Positions 55,209-64,000 of a stretch of 64,000 bases of DNA are shown here, one piece after another (within the stretch, counting starts at the first letter, position 1; every line of letters begins with the position of its first letter). The translations under genes were made by a program, and so were the position numbers. Under the pieces are notes generated by a model. The model saw nothing but the letters and a program-made list of their open reading frames with translations, did not search any database and was not told where the DNA came from. Source of the DNA: Ruditapes philippinarum (taxonomy: Eukaryota); contig NW_026852812.1 of the NCBI RefSeq assembly GCF_026571515.1, forward strand, positions 126,256-190,255, written 5' to 3'.

Positions 55209-55640
55209 CCCATTATTGCATGAGCATTTAGTGAAAAATGGCTGTTTTCATTGAAAAGCCTCCTGTTTAGTTTAAATGGCTATGAAACTATAAAAGATGC
55301 TTCACTATTCATCAAACTTAGCACAACTGTTGACTGGACCATGCTAAGGCATGCTCAAGAGCTTAAATTTCCTGTTGCCATGGCAACGGGGGGACATATC
55401 AATATTGCCAAAAATTACTATTTTGCGTTTCAATTTCAAAGTGCTACAAACTTCTCAATGGATTGAGATAGAGAGTCAAAGGCTTCTCAAGGCTGGTTAC
55501 ATGTTACCTTCTGATTGACCTAAGGCCAATTTTGGCCTCTCACAAGTCCAAAATCTTCTTGATGATGAGGGGGTCTGCTGCCCCTTTCAAACCCCTAAGC
55601 AGAGGGGCACATCCCCCCTCTGGCACCCCTTAGTAATGGG
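55209..55640. mobile_element. piggyBac-like MITE of about 430 bp with TTAA target-site duplications.
   Basis: TTAA at 55205-55208 and 55641-55644 flanks the TIRs cccattattgc...gtaatggg, which have the CCC...GGG termini typical of piggyBac. It sits in the intron after SMYD5 exon 2 and contains the palindrome gttgccatggcaac. Confidence 0.65.
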
Positions 55641-56489
55641 TTAACAATTGATTTTGTGTTTTTAATTGTGCTGTATTTCTTATTACAAGTCATATAGCAA
55701 TGAAATAAGTTTCAATGAAATTAAATGAATGGAAAGTGATTAGTCAGTCTATGCTACCAGTATAGTCCCAGGTCAGTCTGTACATCCATGTAGTCTGACC
55801 AAGCTCTATACTGCTGACTTAACAGTCTTTAACTTAAAGAGTCTCAAGATCTTGGTGTAAAATTTAAGTTATTACTTTTTAATATCCAGTAAATTGTTAA
55901 ACTTGACTAAGCATTGGATATATACATATCAACTTGTTTTCCAGCTTCTACTTAAAAAAAATCAGAAAAAAAGTTTTGGAAAGTTAACAAATTTTTATGT
56001 TTTGTAAAGCAGGGAAACCCGACCACCCGTGAAAAAATTATAAAAAATAGGAGGAACATCATACCCACCAGAAACACCCCCAATAATGCTTCTTCAAAAA
56101 ATTTTTCTATGGCAAACGGGTACAGTTTTTTTAAAATAAAATCTAGGGTTTAAATTAAGAAAAAATATTCCCAAAAACTTTTTTTTGGCTCAAAACATCA
56201 TTTTTGGATTGGGGCGAAATTAATCCGAGGGCGTACCCAATAAATGATGGCTCGAACAAACGTATGACCACGATAAAATACCATTTGATTTTTTTTTTCG
56301 ATTCTAACACACAACAAAAAAGCTGCCCCCTGCTATTAAAAAAATTGGGCCTTTTTGGTTTCCTATTTATGTCACGCTCTTTATATTTTACAAACATGTA
56401 AAAATAATTTAATCACAGTCAAAAATATAGAACGTCAAACAGGACTCTTTTTGCAAAAAAACCATTTGGGTCTCTATTTCAATAGGAAA

Positions 56490-56700
56490 AAGGGGGTCTG
56501 GAATCTATTCATGTTTTTTTAAAATGACAATATGATTAAACCCTAGGGTCAAATGTTTTTTAAAAATGAAAATCTATGGTTTAAAACCAGGTTAAAATGG
56601 GGTTTTTTTAAAATCAATCTAGGGTTTAAACCATGTAAAATATTTTTTTAATGACAATCTTAGTAAATTATCGGGGCAACGGGTTTTTTTAAATGACAAT
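56490..56700. repeat. Low-complexity tandem repeat of about 45-60 bp built around aatctagggtttaaacc and ttttttaaaatgacaat.
   Basis: Seen directly in the sequence. Confidence 0.7.
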
Positions 56701-56887
56701 GAAAATTTGTTAAATTCTGTATTTGAGGGTATGTGAATATGGCATCAATTTTTAATTCATTTAATATTTTCTTTACACCCCCTTAGTAGCTAAGTGAATA
56801 CACCTCTGCGTTGTGTTTCATTGAAAGTCCTACGTCTAAAATCAGTCTTAAGACTAAAATTGAGACAGTTTTGTGTTTTAAATAAAA

Positions 56888-57128
56888 TGAGCCGTGTCAC
56901 GACAAAACCAACATAATGGGTTTGCGACCAGCATGGATCCAGACCAGCCTGAGCATCCGCGCAGTCTGATCAGGATCCATACTGTTCGCTTACAACCCTA
57001 ATAAACAAGTAGAGAAACTGATAGCGCACAGCCATGGATCCTGATCAGACTGCACCGGATGCGCAGGCTGGTCTGGATCCATTCTGGTCGCAAACCCATT
57101 ATGTTGGTTTTTGTTGTGACGCGGCTAA
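56888..57128. mobile_element. MITE of family A, about 240 bp, inside the SMYD5 intron region.
   Basis: The sequence is nearly identical to the 15297-15533 copy (tgagccgtgtcacgacaaaaccaacataatgggtttgcgaccagcatggatccagaccagcctgagcatccgcgcagtctgatcaggatccat...). Confidence 0.85.
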
Positions 57129-57320
57129 TTTCTTAATAGCCATGTAGATAAGCATGAAGCGAGTGTGCGTTAAAGCGTGTGCCATTGTATCTCTCAACTT
57201 TTCTCAGGAAATTGAAATTAATTGAAGTCCAAGTCTTTGACTAAAGATAAAAATATTCATTGAGTTTGTCCTAAAGTTGGTCCATAGGATACACTTAGGA
57301 AACTTTCTATGAAACGTAGC

Positions 57321-57383
57321 CCGGAAAACATTCCACAGATATCGGCAGTAAACTTGTTGTTCTCATTGTTACAAAAATAGATG
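57321..57383 (+). other. SMYD5: Tentative SMYD5 exon remnant, with homology to human ..[21 protein letters not shown].
   Basis: One frame reads PGKHSTDIGSKLVVLIVTKID between a cgtag acceptor and a gtatgt donor, but its phase does not fit the next exon. The alternative homologous frame (..VCPKVGP?DTLRKLSMKRSPENIPQISAVNLLFSLLQK) contains in-frame stops as I read the sequence. Confidence 0.3.
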
Positions 57384-57730
57384 GTATGTGATGTTAGAAA
57401 CATTATGAAATGTTAATTGCTTAAAAAGCTAAATATGTTCTACTTTTGATAGCAAGATGAAAATAAGAATACTTTGCAGTATATAATTTCATTTACACTT
57501 GAGGATTTGAGTTTTGTTTTCCTCATACTATACTTATGTACATGAGAGAATAAAGGGTATGTTCTGTTCAGTTCAGTAAATGACAGTGTAGTTTTGGCCT
57601 TTAAAAAATATAATAATCATAAATGTACGTGAATAATAGAAAGGTTCAACTTTTCTGTCCAAGGTTTAAAACAGTCTCCAAAGTTGGTGCTTTAATGATG
57701 TTTTTCTTAATATTTAAATGTTATTTTCCA

Positions 57731-57836
57731 GGCGGAAGATCCAACTTCTGTTTTAACTAGTTTCAGCCAGTTTGTACAAGTTACAGTTAACGAGGAGGAG
57801 CATGCTGTCCATAAACTGTTAGGCAAACAATTTCAG
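57731..57836 (+). CDS. SMYD5: SMYD5 exon, ending in phase 0.
   Basis: Translation AEDPTSVLTSFSQFVQVTVNEEEHAVHKLLGKQFQ matches human [35 protein letters not shown]. The acceptor is ttattttccag and the donor is gtatat. The start is uncertain by 1 nt. Confidence 0.85.
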
Positions 57837-58140
57837 GTATATTATGGCTACTACAACTATCTAATACGTATGCTGCAAGGTTGTAAAAACTCAATTGTAA
57901 TCTATTCTTAAAGTTTTTATAAAAGTTGGTATTATAAATCTCTGGTCATACAGCTGTTTACAATGTGTGCATATTGAATGATACGTCACGTCACGTTGTT
58001 TAGAGATACAACCCTTTAAAATAGCACACACCTGACACGTTATTTTCCCATTCCCTTCACTTTATCACAAAAGATATATATTGAAGGATTTACTATTGAT
58101 TTTCAACTGATGTAAGAATTGCATATTTTGTAAATTACAG

Positions 58141-58203
58141 GAGCAGTTGGAGTTGTTACGCAGTATGGTGTCAGAATATTTCTATGATGACAAAATACAA
58201 CAG
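58141..58203 (+). CDS. SMYD5: SMYD5 exon.
   Basis: Translation EQLELLRSMVSEYFYDDKIQQ matches human GQLELLRRLFTEALYEEAVSQ. The acceptor is taaattacag and the donor is gtatta. Confidence 0.85.
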
Positions 58204-58608
58204 GTATTATCAATTTGGAATAGAGTTAATGTTATTCTGGATAATTAAATCTTCATGAGACTTCCAGATTAGGCTGTGGATGAATTACCTTTGAGTGCTT
58301 AAGAAGATAATAACAGGCAAATACCACCAGTTTGATCCTACCTAACTGTTGGTTCCTCACTTTTAGTATTTTGATACCGTTATCCCTTACACTTTTAATA
58401 AAAAAATTTTCAAACTAGGACTAAGTCATGTGACAGTGACGGGGATTTCTGTTAAGGTCATTGACTTCAAACCCCTTGTTTATTTTATTTTTCTCATACT
58501 GTACTGTGCGTATGTTATATTACACCGCTGTAGGTTCAAGCCACGGATAGAAACTTTTGAGATAAATTTGTACAATTGTGATAGTTAAAATTGTTTGTTG
58601 TATTACAG

Positions 58609-58679
58609 TGGCTGACTGCGGACGGTTTTAGGTCAATATTTGCTTTGCTGGGAACCAATCAACAAGGGATTGGCTCCAG
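58609..58679 (+). CDS. SMYD5: SMYD5 exon, phase 0 to 2.
   Basis: Translation WLTADGFRSIFALLGTNQQGIGS(S) matches human [24 protein letters not shown]. The acceptor is gtattacag and the donor is AG|gtaata. Confidence 0.88.
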
Positions 58680-58950
58680 GTAATAAAATTATAATATAGT
58701 GATAGATTGTCTTGAGCATATCACTAAAACTAAAACATTGTTTATATATTTTATCTTGAAATAAAATTAAGGGCTATGAAATGAAGTGCCTGTTCCAAGG
58801 TAAACTGACTAAACCTGCAGTGTGAAATTGGCCATATAAGCATTGGTTTTATTATCCTTCACATAGGGAAGTAATCTCTTTGTAATAGACTATTTTTCTT
58901 CAGTCTGTAAGCAGACTTCTCCTTTCTACCCAATTAAGTCCTTATTAAGG

Positions 58951-59175
58951 GTGGCTGTGGCTTAATGGTTAACGTCATTGACTTTAAACTACTTTCCCCA
59001 CACTGCTGTTGTTTCAAATCCAGCAAGAGACTTTAAATACTTTTGTGTAAGGAAGCTGTCTAGCTAGCTTTCTGAATGTCAGTGGTTCTACTCAGGTGCC
59101 AGTTTGTGCCAGAAATAATGCACAGAGGTCTTAGGCCTTAGGTCTTCCTTCATCAGTAAAGCTAAAGAGTAAAAT
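58951..59175 (+). mobile_element. tRNA-derived SINE of family C, with head gggtggctgtggcttaatggttaacg.
   Basis: The body (gttgtttcaaatccagcaagagactttaaatac...gctagctttctgaatgtcagtggttctactcaggtgccagtttgtgccagaaataatgcacagagg) is shared with the copy at 37920-38155. Confidence 0.6.
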
Positions 59176-59391
59176 CTTCTCCCCCCCACACACACACCAA
59201 AAAAAAGAGAAGAAAAAAAAAGACTACCCCTTTCTACCTGATTAAGACCTTATTATGGGAGGAGATTCAGAGCACATCTATCAGTCAGTTTTACCAGTGT
59301 TTGTCTGTTGGATGTGAATGCACCACATTTTATTTTACTTTGTGTTATTATTATGTGTCATTTTTGTTCTGTGTTTTTTTTTTTTTGACAG

Positions 59392-59498
59392 CTCAATCAG
59401 TGTATGGTGTAAGAACTGTGATGATTTAGAGATAGGAGAAGACGAGAAAGATACACTTGACAAGTTTATAGATCAGCTGTATGATGACCTAGAGAGAG
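59392..59498 (+). CDS. SMYD5: SMYD5 exon, phase 2 to 1.
   Basis: Translation SISVWCKNCDDLEIGEDEKDTLDKFIDQLYDDLER matches human [35 protein letters not shown]. The acceptor is tttttgacag, the donor is G|gtaaca, and the frame is checked with ORF 59318..59542. Confidence 0.9.
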
Positions 59499-59528
59499 GT
59501 AACAATATTGATAAGTTTTCATTCAATT

Positions 59529-60715
59529 GTTTATTTAATTAAGCTTGATTGAGGAGAAAGCGCTTAAAGCTTATATGAATATAGCTCAGTGTTGAGCCTG
59601 TTTCCTGAAAGAAGCAAGATCTGGCCCCAACACTACCACCATTTTTATATGCCCGAAAAATTTTCGGGCATATTATGTTATACCCCCTGGCGTCCGTCCG
59701 TCTGTCCGTACAAATCAGAGCTACATTATGGGGTTTGGTCTATTGTTCTCATAACAATAGATGTCTTTGATGAAATTCATTCCGTTTCTCTTGTGCGTTT
59801 TTTTTCTGCATTGTGGGGTTAAAAAGAACAAAAGAAATAACAAAAGAAAACCCCATAATGTAGCTCTGGTAAGAACGTCTGTCCGTCTGTTAGCAATTTG
59901 GTTTCCGGAGCATAACTTAAGTTCCATTTGGCCCACAATATTCAAACTTCATAGGGTGATTGTCCATATTGGGTAGAAGACCCCTATTGATTTTGGGGTC
60001 ACAAGGTCAAAGGTCAAGGTCACTGACCTTAAAACTGAAAACAGTTTCCGGAGCATAACTTAAGTCCCATTTGGCCCACAGTGTTCAAACTTCATTGGAT
60101 GATTGTCCATATTGGGTAGAAGACCCCTATTGATTTTGGGGTCACAAGGTCTAGGTCACTATGACCTTAAAACTGAAAACAGTTTCCGGAGCATAACTTA
60201 AGTCCCATTTCAAGATTTGGCCCACAATGTTCAAACTTCATTGGATGATTGTCCATATTGGGTAGAAGACCCCTATTGATTTTGGGGTCACAAGGTCAAA
60301 GGTCAAGGTCACTATTACCTTAAAACTGGAAACAGTTTCCGGAGCATAACTTAAGTTCCATTTGGCCCACTGTGTTCAAACTTCATAGGATGATTGTCTA
60401 TATTGGGCAGAAGACCCCTCTTTACTAAAAAAAAAATCACTTTCGGGCATATAATGCTCCGCCTAGTGGTGCTCTTGTTTTATTTAGTTCTGTCTTGAAT
60501 CTCTGGATTTTCTTTGTTCAGTTTGCATTACTGTGCTGATTTCTGACCAATCAAATTTCTAAATCCGGAGATCTTGAGTTAAAGCTTAGAGAATTTCTTA
60601 ATAACCTCAGATCCTGGTATCATATGAGGAAACATGACCATGGCCCCAGTAGGGCTTGAGCCCATCGTCCCTGGGTTTAAAAGCAGACTCTTAAGGCACT
60701 ATTCCAACACTATAA
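59529..60715 (-). mobile_element. SINE family B copy split by a nested insertion of a TIR/hairpin element that carries a roughly 120-bp tandem array.
   Basis: The SINE tail aagcttatatgaatatagctcagtgttgagcctgtttcctgaaagaagcaagatctggcccca at 59561-59635 and the SINE head region ccatggccccagtagggcttgagcccatcgtccctgggtttaaaagc at 60640-60700 are separated by an element bounded by cactaccaccatttttatatgcccgaaaa / tttcgggcatataatgctccgcctagtggtg. Confidence 0.5.
59636..60478. mobile_element. TIR/hairpin-bounded non-autonomous element with an internal ~120-bp satellite (about 3.5 units, 60000-60420) and the leader motif ccgtccgtctgtccgt.
   Basis: The terminal palindrome is atatgcccgaaaaattttcgggcatat. 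There is a nested inverted repeat cagagctacattatgggg / ccccataatgtagctctg. ORFs 59589..59976 are artefacts. Confidence 0.5.
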
Positions 60716-60900
60716 TTCATAATGATTATAGTATACTTTATAAGTAACCAATGTTATTTTGTATATCATTAAGGGTGCAGCGGGTAGTTGCTTGTTTTCT
60801 GTGCCTGGTTTTAATCTGTGAATTTATCTGTAGCGCAGTTTTATCTACATATATTAGTTTCACTTTGAAATGTTAATTTACTGTGTTATTTTGTTTTCAG

Positions 60901-60957
60901 TGTCGGACACATTTTTGAACTGTGAAGGGGCTGGTTTATACAAATTACAAAGTGCAT
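60901..60957 (+). CDS. SMYD5: SMYD5 exon at the start of the SET core, phase 1 to 1.
   Basis: Translation (V)SDTFLNCEGAGLYKLQSA(C) matches human (TG)EFLNCEGSGLFVLQSC(C). The acceptor is ttgttttcag and the donor is T|gtaagt. Confidence 0.85.
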
Positions 60958-61373
60958 GTAAGTGTTCAATTTCTTTTCCCAAACATAGATTCAGAACTTT
61001 TTTTCACATTAGTGATTAATTATAAAACATTTTAACAAATGTAACCTTGCATTTTTGTACTACAACGAAAATGAGATTATTTTCCATTTTTACTTGCTAA
61101 ATGCAAAAAAAGAAAAAAAATCTATAAAAAGTATGTTGAACTATTTTGAGTATAGAATTAACTTTTCAAGATGTGATTGGTTAATTGATGTCTCATCTGA
61201 CGTCTTGTATTATGTAATCATTCCTTTCATTATTTAGTGCATACATAATAGTGCACTTGATTGAACATATGCATAATAAGAAGGTATGAAGAGTGGTTAG
61301 AATGATAAGGTTGAAAATATCAGAAATTTTGTACCTAAACTGTTTAATACAGCTCCGTAAATTTAGTGACAAG

Positions 61374-61763
61374 TAGGGCTGTCATTGATTATCGCGATAT
61401 CGATATATCATCGATATTCATCATCCGATACAATATCGATACACATTTTCAAATATCGATACAAGCTCAAATTTATTTATTTCTGTTTGTGTCACTATTT
61501 TCCAGTTTTCTTGGCTAACTTGAACTTTAAACTCTGTTTTGAAATGTCAGTGACGAAAATAACAAACAGCAAACTTTCTGTTAGTTTTTAGTATTTGTAA
61601 TGTTTAATACAAGCATGCATAACACCATGATCCTAATTTAAATATTTAAATATCTTTTTACATACATGTATTAAAATGTTTTTCATTTTATGTACTGTTT
61701 AATTCGATATATTGATATGTCGTCAATATTTGTCTCTCGATACATCGATACAAAATTGCCCTA
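61374..61763. mobile_element. hAT-like MITE of about 390 bp with an 8-bp target-site duplication, GTGACAAG.
   Basis: The direct repeat gtgacaag at 61366-61373 and 61764-61771 flanks the TIRs tagggc...gcccta. The interior is rich in ATCGAT and TATCGATA palindromes. It lies in a SMYD5 intron. Confidence 0.6.
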
Positions 61764-62138
61764 GTGACAAGAAAAAAGCTCTTGTTTCAATATTCATATA
61801 GTATAACTTCTGAAAATAAACACCTGGGACTAGCCAAAAAGTTTGATTTTTATTTTTTTAAGTTTTCGGAATTTAGAAGCTTGGTATTATCTGAACAAGT
61901 AGAAACATGAAACTTCAGCTGTTTTAGACAAGATGGAAATTATATGATGCTGATAAAATTAACAAAATGATTGAATTTGAGGATTCTTAAAAAGTTTATT
62001 AAACAAACTTATAATCCTTAAATTCTAATTTCAGAAGTTTCCGGAATTCAGAAGTTACACTGTATACTAGTAAGCTGTATAATAAAAATTTATAAACAAA
62101 GACATAGCTGTTATAAAAATAGCATGTCTGTTTTTATG

Positions 62139-62862
62139 CTCCCCGAAGGGTGAGCATATAGTCGCCGCTTTGTCCGTCCCTCCGTCTATCAGCTTTTCTT
62201 GTCCGGGACATAACTTTGAAACAACAAGAGGTATCAACATGAAACTTTGTAGGTAGATAGATCTCATTGAGTAGGTGTGCAGGGTACAAGAACCATAACT
62301 CTGCCTTGCCTAATTTTTGAATTATTGCCTTTTGTTTATTTTTACACTTTGAAATTTGTCCGGGACATAACTCTAAAACTATTAGAGATATCAGCATGAA
62401 ACTTTGTAGGTAGATAGATCTCATTGAGTAGGTTTTCAATGCACAAGAACCGTAACTCTGCCGTGCCTAATTTTTGAAATGCCCTTTGTTTATTTTTACA
62501 CTTTGTTCATTTTGACACTTTGAACTTTGTCCACGACAGTAAGAGATATCAACATGAAATTTGTAGGCAGATAGATCTCATTGGATAGAACTGCAATGCT
62601 AAAGAACCTAAACACAGCCTTGTCTAATTTTGGAGTTATTGCCCTTTGTTCATTTTTACACTTTGAATTTTACCTGGGACATAACTCTGAAACTATAAGA
62701 GATATCATCACAAAACTTTATAGATAGATAGATCTCATTAAATAGAAGTGCAGTGCAAAAAACCATAACTCTGCCTTGCCTAATTTTGGAGTTTTTTGCC
62801 CTTTGTTCATTTTTTTTTTTATACTTTACTGTGTCCAAAACCTTTTTGGGGAGCATCACCCT
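62139..62862. mobile_element. TIR-bounded element with an internal ~120-bp tandem array (about 6 units) and the leader tgtccgtccctccgtc, inside a SMYD5 intron.
   Basis: The ends are atgctccccgaagggtgagcat / ccttttt-ggggagcatc. The unit is ccctttgtt(t/c)atttttacactttgaa.ttgtccgggacataactctaaaactat.agagatatca.catgaaactttgtaggtagatagatctcattgagtag. ORFs 62067..62439(-) are artefacts. Confidence 0.55.
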
Positions 62863-62923
62863 GTTCAACAAGTTCTTGTTTAACATAAGTGCAGTACTAA
62901 TTTAACACAAATTTCATACACAG

Positions 62924-63018
62924 GTAATCACAGTTGTTCGCCTAATGCAGAGATAGAATTTAACAAACATAACCACACCTTGTCATTGGTGGCATTAGAA
63001 GATATAGATGCAGAACAG
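62924..63018 (+). CDS. SMYD5: SMYD5 exon carrying the SET-domain NHSC motif, phase 1 to 0.
   Basis: Translation CNHSCSPNAEIEFNKHNHTLSLVALEDIDAEQ matches human [33 protein letters not shown]. The acceptor is tcatacacag and the donor is gtgata. Exons further 3' are not resolved. Confidence 0.88.
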
Positions 63019-63740
63019 GTGATACTTTCGTAATGTTTTCTTGTACATTAATACCTGTCCTTTACTTATTTTTTTCAACTCCACTATCAGAAGAATAATG
63101 GGATTATCGTTTGTTGAATTTACGCAAGGTTTTGTGTATATTGGGAAATTGCTGCTTAATTTTTACATGCAAGTTCTGTTGCCAAGGTATTTATTTGAGA
63201 TATCAATTATACATGACTTTGGGGTGAGAATATTTGCACTGATTTTACTGGCATTATGAACTTGAAGGAATTCCACTGCGGTCTAAAGACATAAAAAGAT
63301 ATAATTTTGAAAATTTACAAATATCAAAAGAATCACTTAAAATTGGAAAAACCCCAAAGGATAACAAAGAAATATACTCAGAATTAAACTGAAAATCAGT
63401 GTTATATGCAATTTTATTAGCTGAATTATAGAGAAATGGAGGGAACAAGCTAAAAATTTGCACTCAAGTTATTGGATAAGACCTAAATCAATTGGTACTG
63501 AAACCTCAGAAAATATTTTCAGCTTTGTCATTTTAAAAAAAAATCTCAATGGAGTCCCTTTAATGCCCCGTGTTTTACTATAAAAAACAGACAATGTCAC
63601 ATTGGACCAATTTGAGCAGCCAGATTGAAAGTAAGGCACTGTATGTATTTTAAAGAACATGGAATATGCGTTAATTCTCCATTCTGAAGTTACACCAGAT
63701 CCTCATTTCTTGCCACCTTATTTGGTTTAAATATAATTTT

Positions 63741-63925
63741 TAAGCTTGATTGCGAAACAAGTTCTTGCAACTTATATTAAAAACTTTTGAGCCCGCTTCC
63801 TGGAACAAACCAGAACTGATGTCGTATGAAGAAAAATGGTCTTAATCCAATTTAGGCTCGAACCCATGATCCCTGGGTTGAGAGACAGACACCTTAACCA
63901 CTAGGCCACAGCTCCCCTTTACTCC
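63741..63925 (-). mobile_element. tRNA-derived SINE of family B on the minus strand.
   Basis: The reverse complement reads ggggagctgtggcctagtggttaaggtgtctgtctctcaacccagggatcatgggttcgagcc, a tRNA-like head. The body, gagcccgcttcctggaacaaaccagaactga, is shared with 59561-59635 and 60595-60715. Confidence 0.6.
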
Positions 63926-64000
63926 CTCCACTAGAATTGAACAAGGAAGGTAACTTTAAAATAGATTGAAATCGCATTCACCATATGTCAATAAAATGTT

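Noticed and set aside
63041-63259. ORF 63041..63259(+) as the next SMYD5 exon after 63018. The peptide ..KLLLNFYMQV.. is vaguely similar to human ..KILRENYLFV...
   Set aside because: The phase-0 continuation from 63018 hits a stop within 9 codons. The alternative frame would lose all post-SET cysteines. The remaining SMYD5 exons are more likely beyond the window end or unresolved.

Overview
This window is metazoan nuclear DNA, not prokaryotic. It is AT-rich and CpG-depleted, with GT-AG introns, an AATAAA polyadenylation signal, tRNA-derived SINEs and many MITEs and satellite arrays. That repeat landscape is typical of a bivalve-mollusc-like genome, but the taxon is a guess. The six-frame ORF track is almost entirely noise. 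The few informative ORFs are exon fragments, and some of their start codons are TTG or GTG written as M.

Three protein-coding genes are supported by homology that I recognise from memory; no search was run:
- **CtBP** (C-terminal binding protein, D-2-hydroxyacid dehydrogenase family), minus strand. Six coding exons lie between about 739 and 6628. The ATG exon and the C-terminal tail lie outside the resolved exons.
- **MAEA** (macrophage erythroblast attacher, CTLH/GID E3 subunit), plus strand. Nine exons run from 32967 to 46698, which looks like a complete CDS of about 391 aa with the polyA signal at about 46849.
- **SMYD5** (SET and MYND domain protein 5), plus strand, from 54182 to at least 63018. 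The middle exons (second half of the MYND finger through the start of the following domain) are unresolved and the 3' end is not confidently located; it may lie beyond the window end.

CtBP and MAEA are divergently oriented neighbours here, as CTBP1 and MAEA are on human 4p16.3.

The rest of the window is repeats. There are at least 14 tandem arrays with units from 20 to 200 bp. There is a MITE family with 3 copies, one of which has expanded into a roughly 1.6 kb foldback. There is a piggyBac-like MITE with TTAA duplications, an hAT-like MITE with an 8-bp duplication, and two other TIR MITEs. There are several tRNA-derived SINE families, one with a clean 14-bp TSD. There are TIR/hairpin-bounded elements carrying internal satellite arrays, and several long palindromes. 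Palindromic CRE sites (TGACGTCA) cluster just 5' of the first recognisable CtBP coding exon.

I found no operon-like or defence-type system. The novelty here is in genome architecture: synteny, TE-borne satellites and possible exon decay in SMYD5. Exon coordinates are read by eye and may be off by 1-2 nt.
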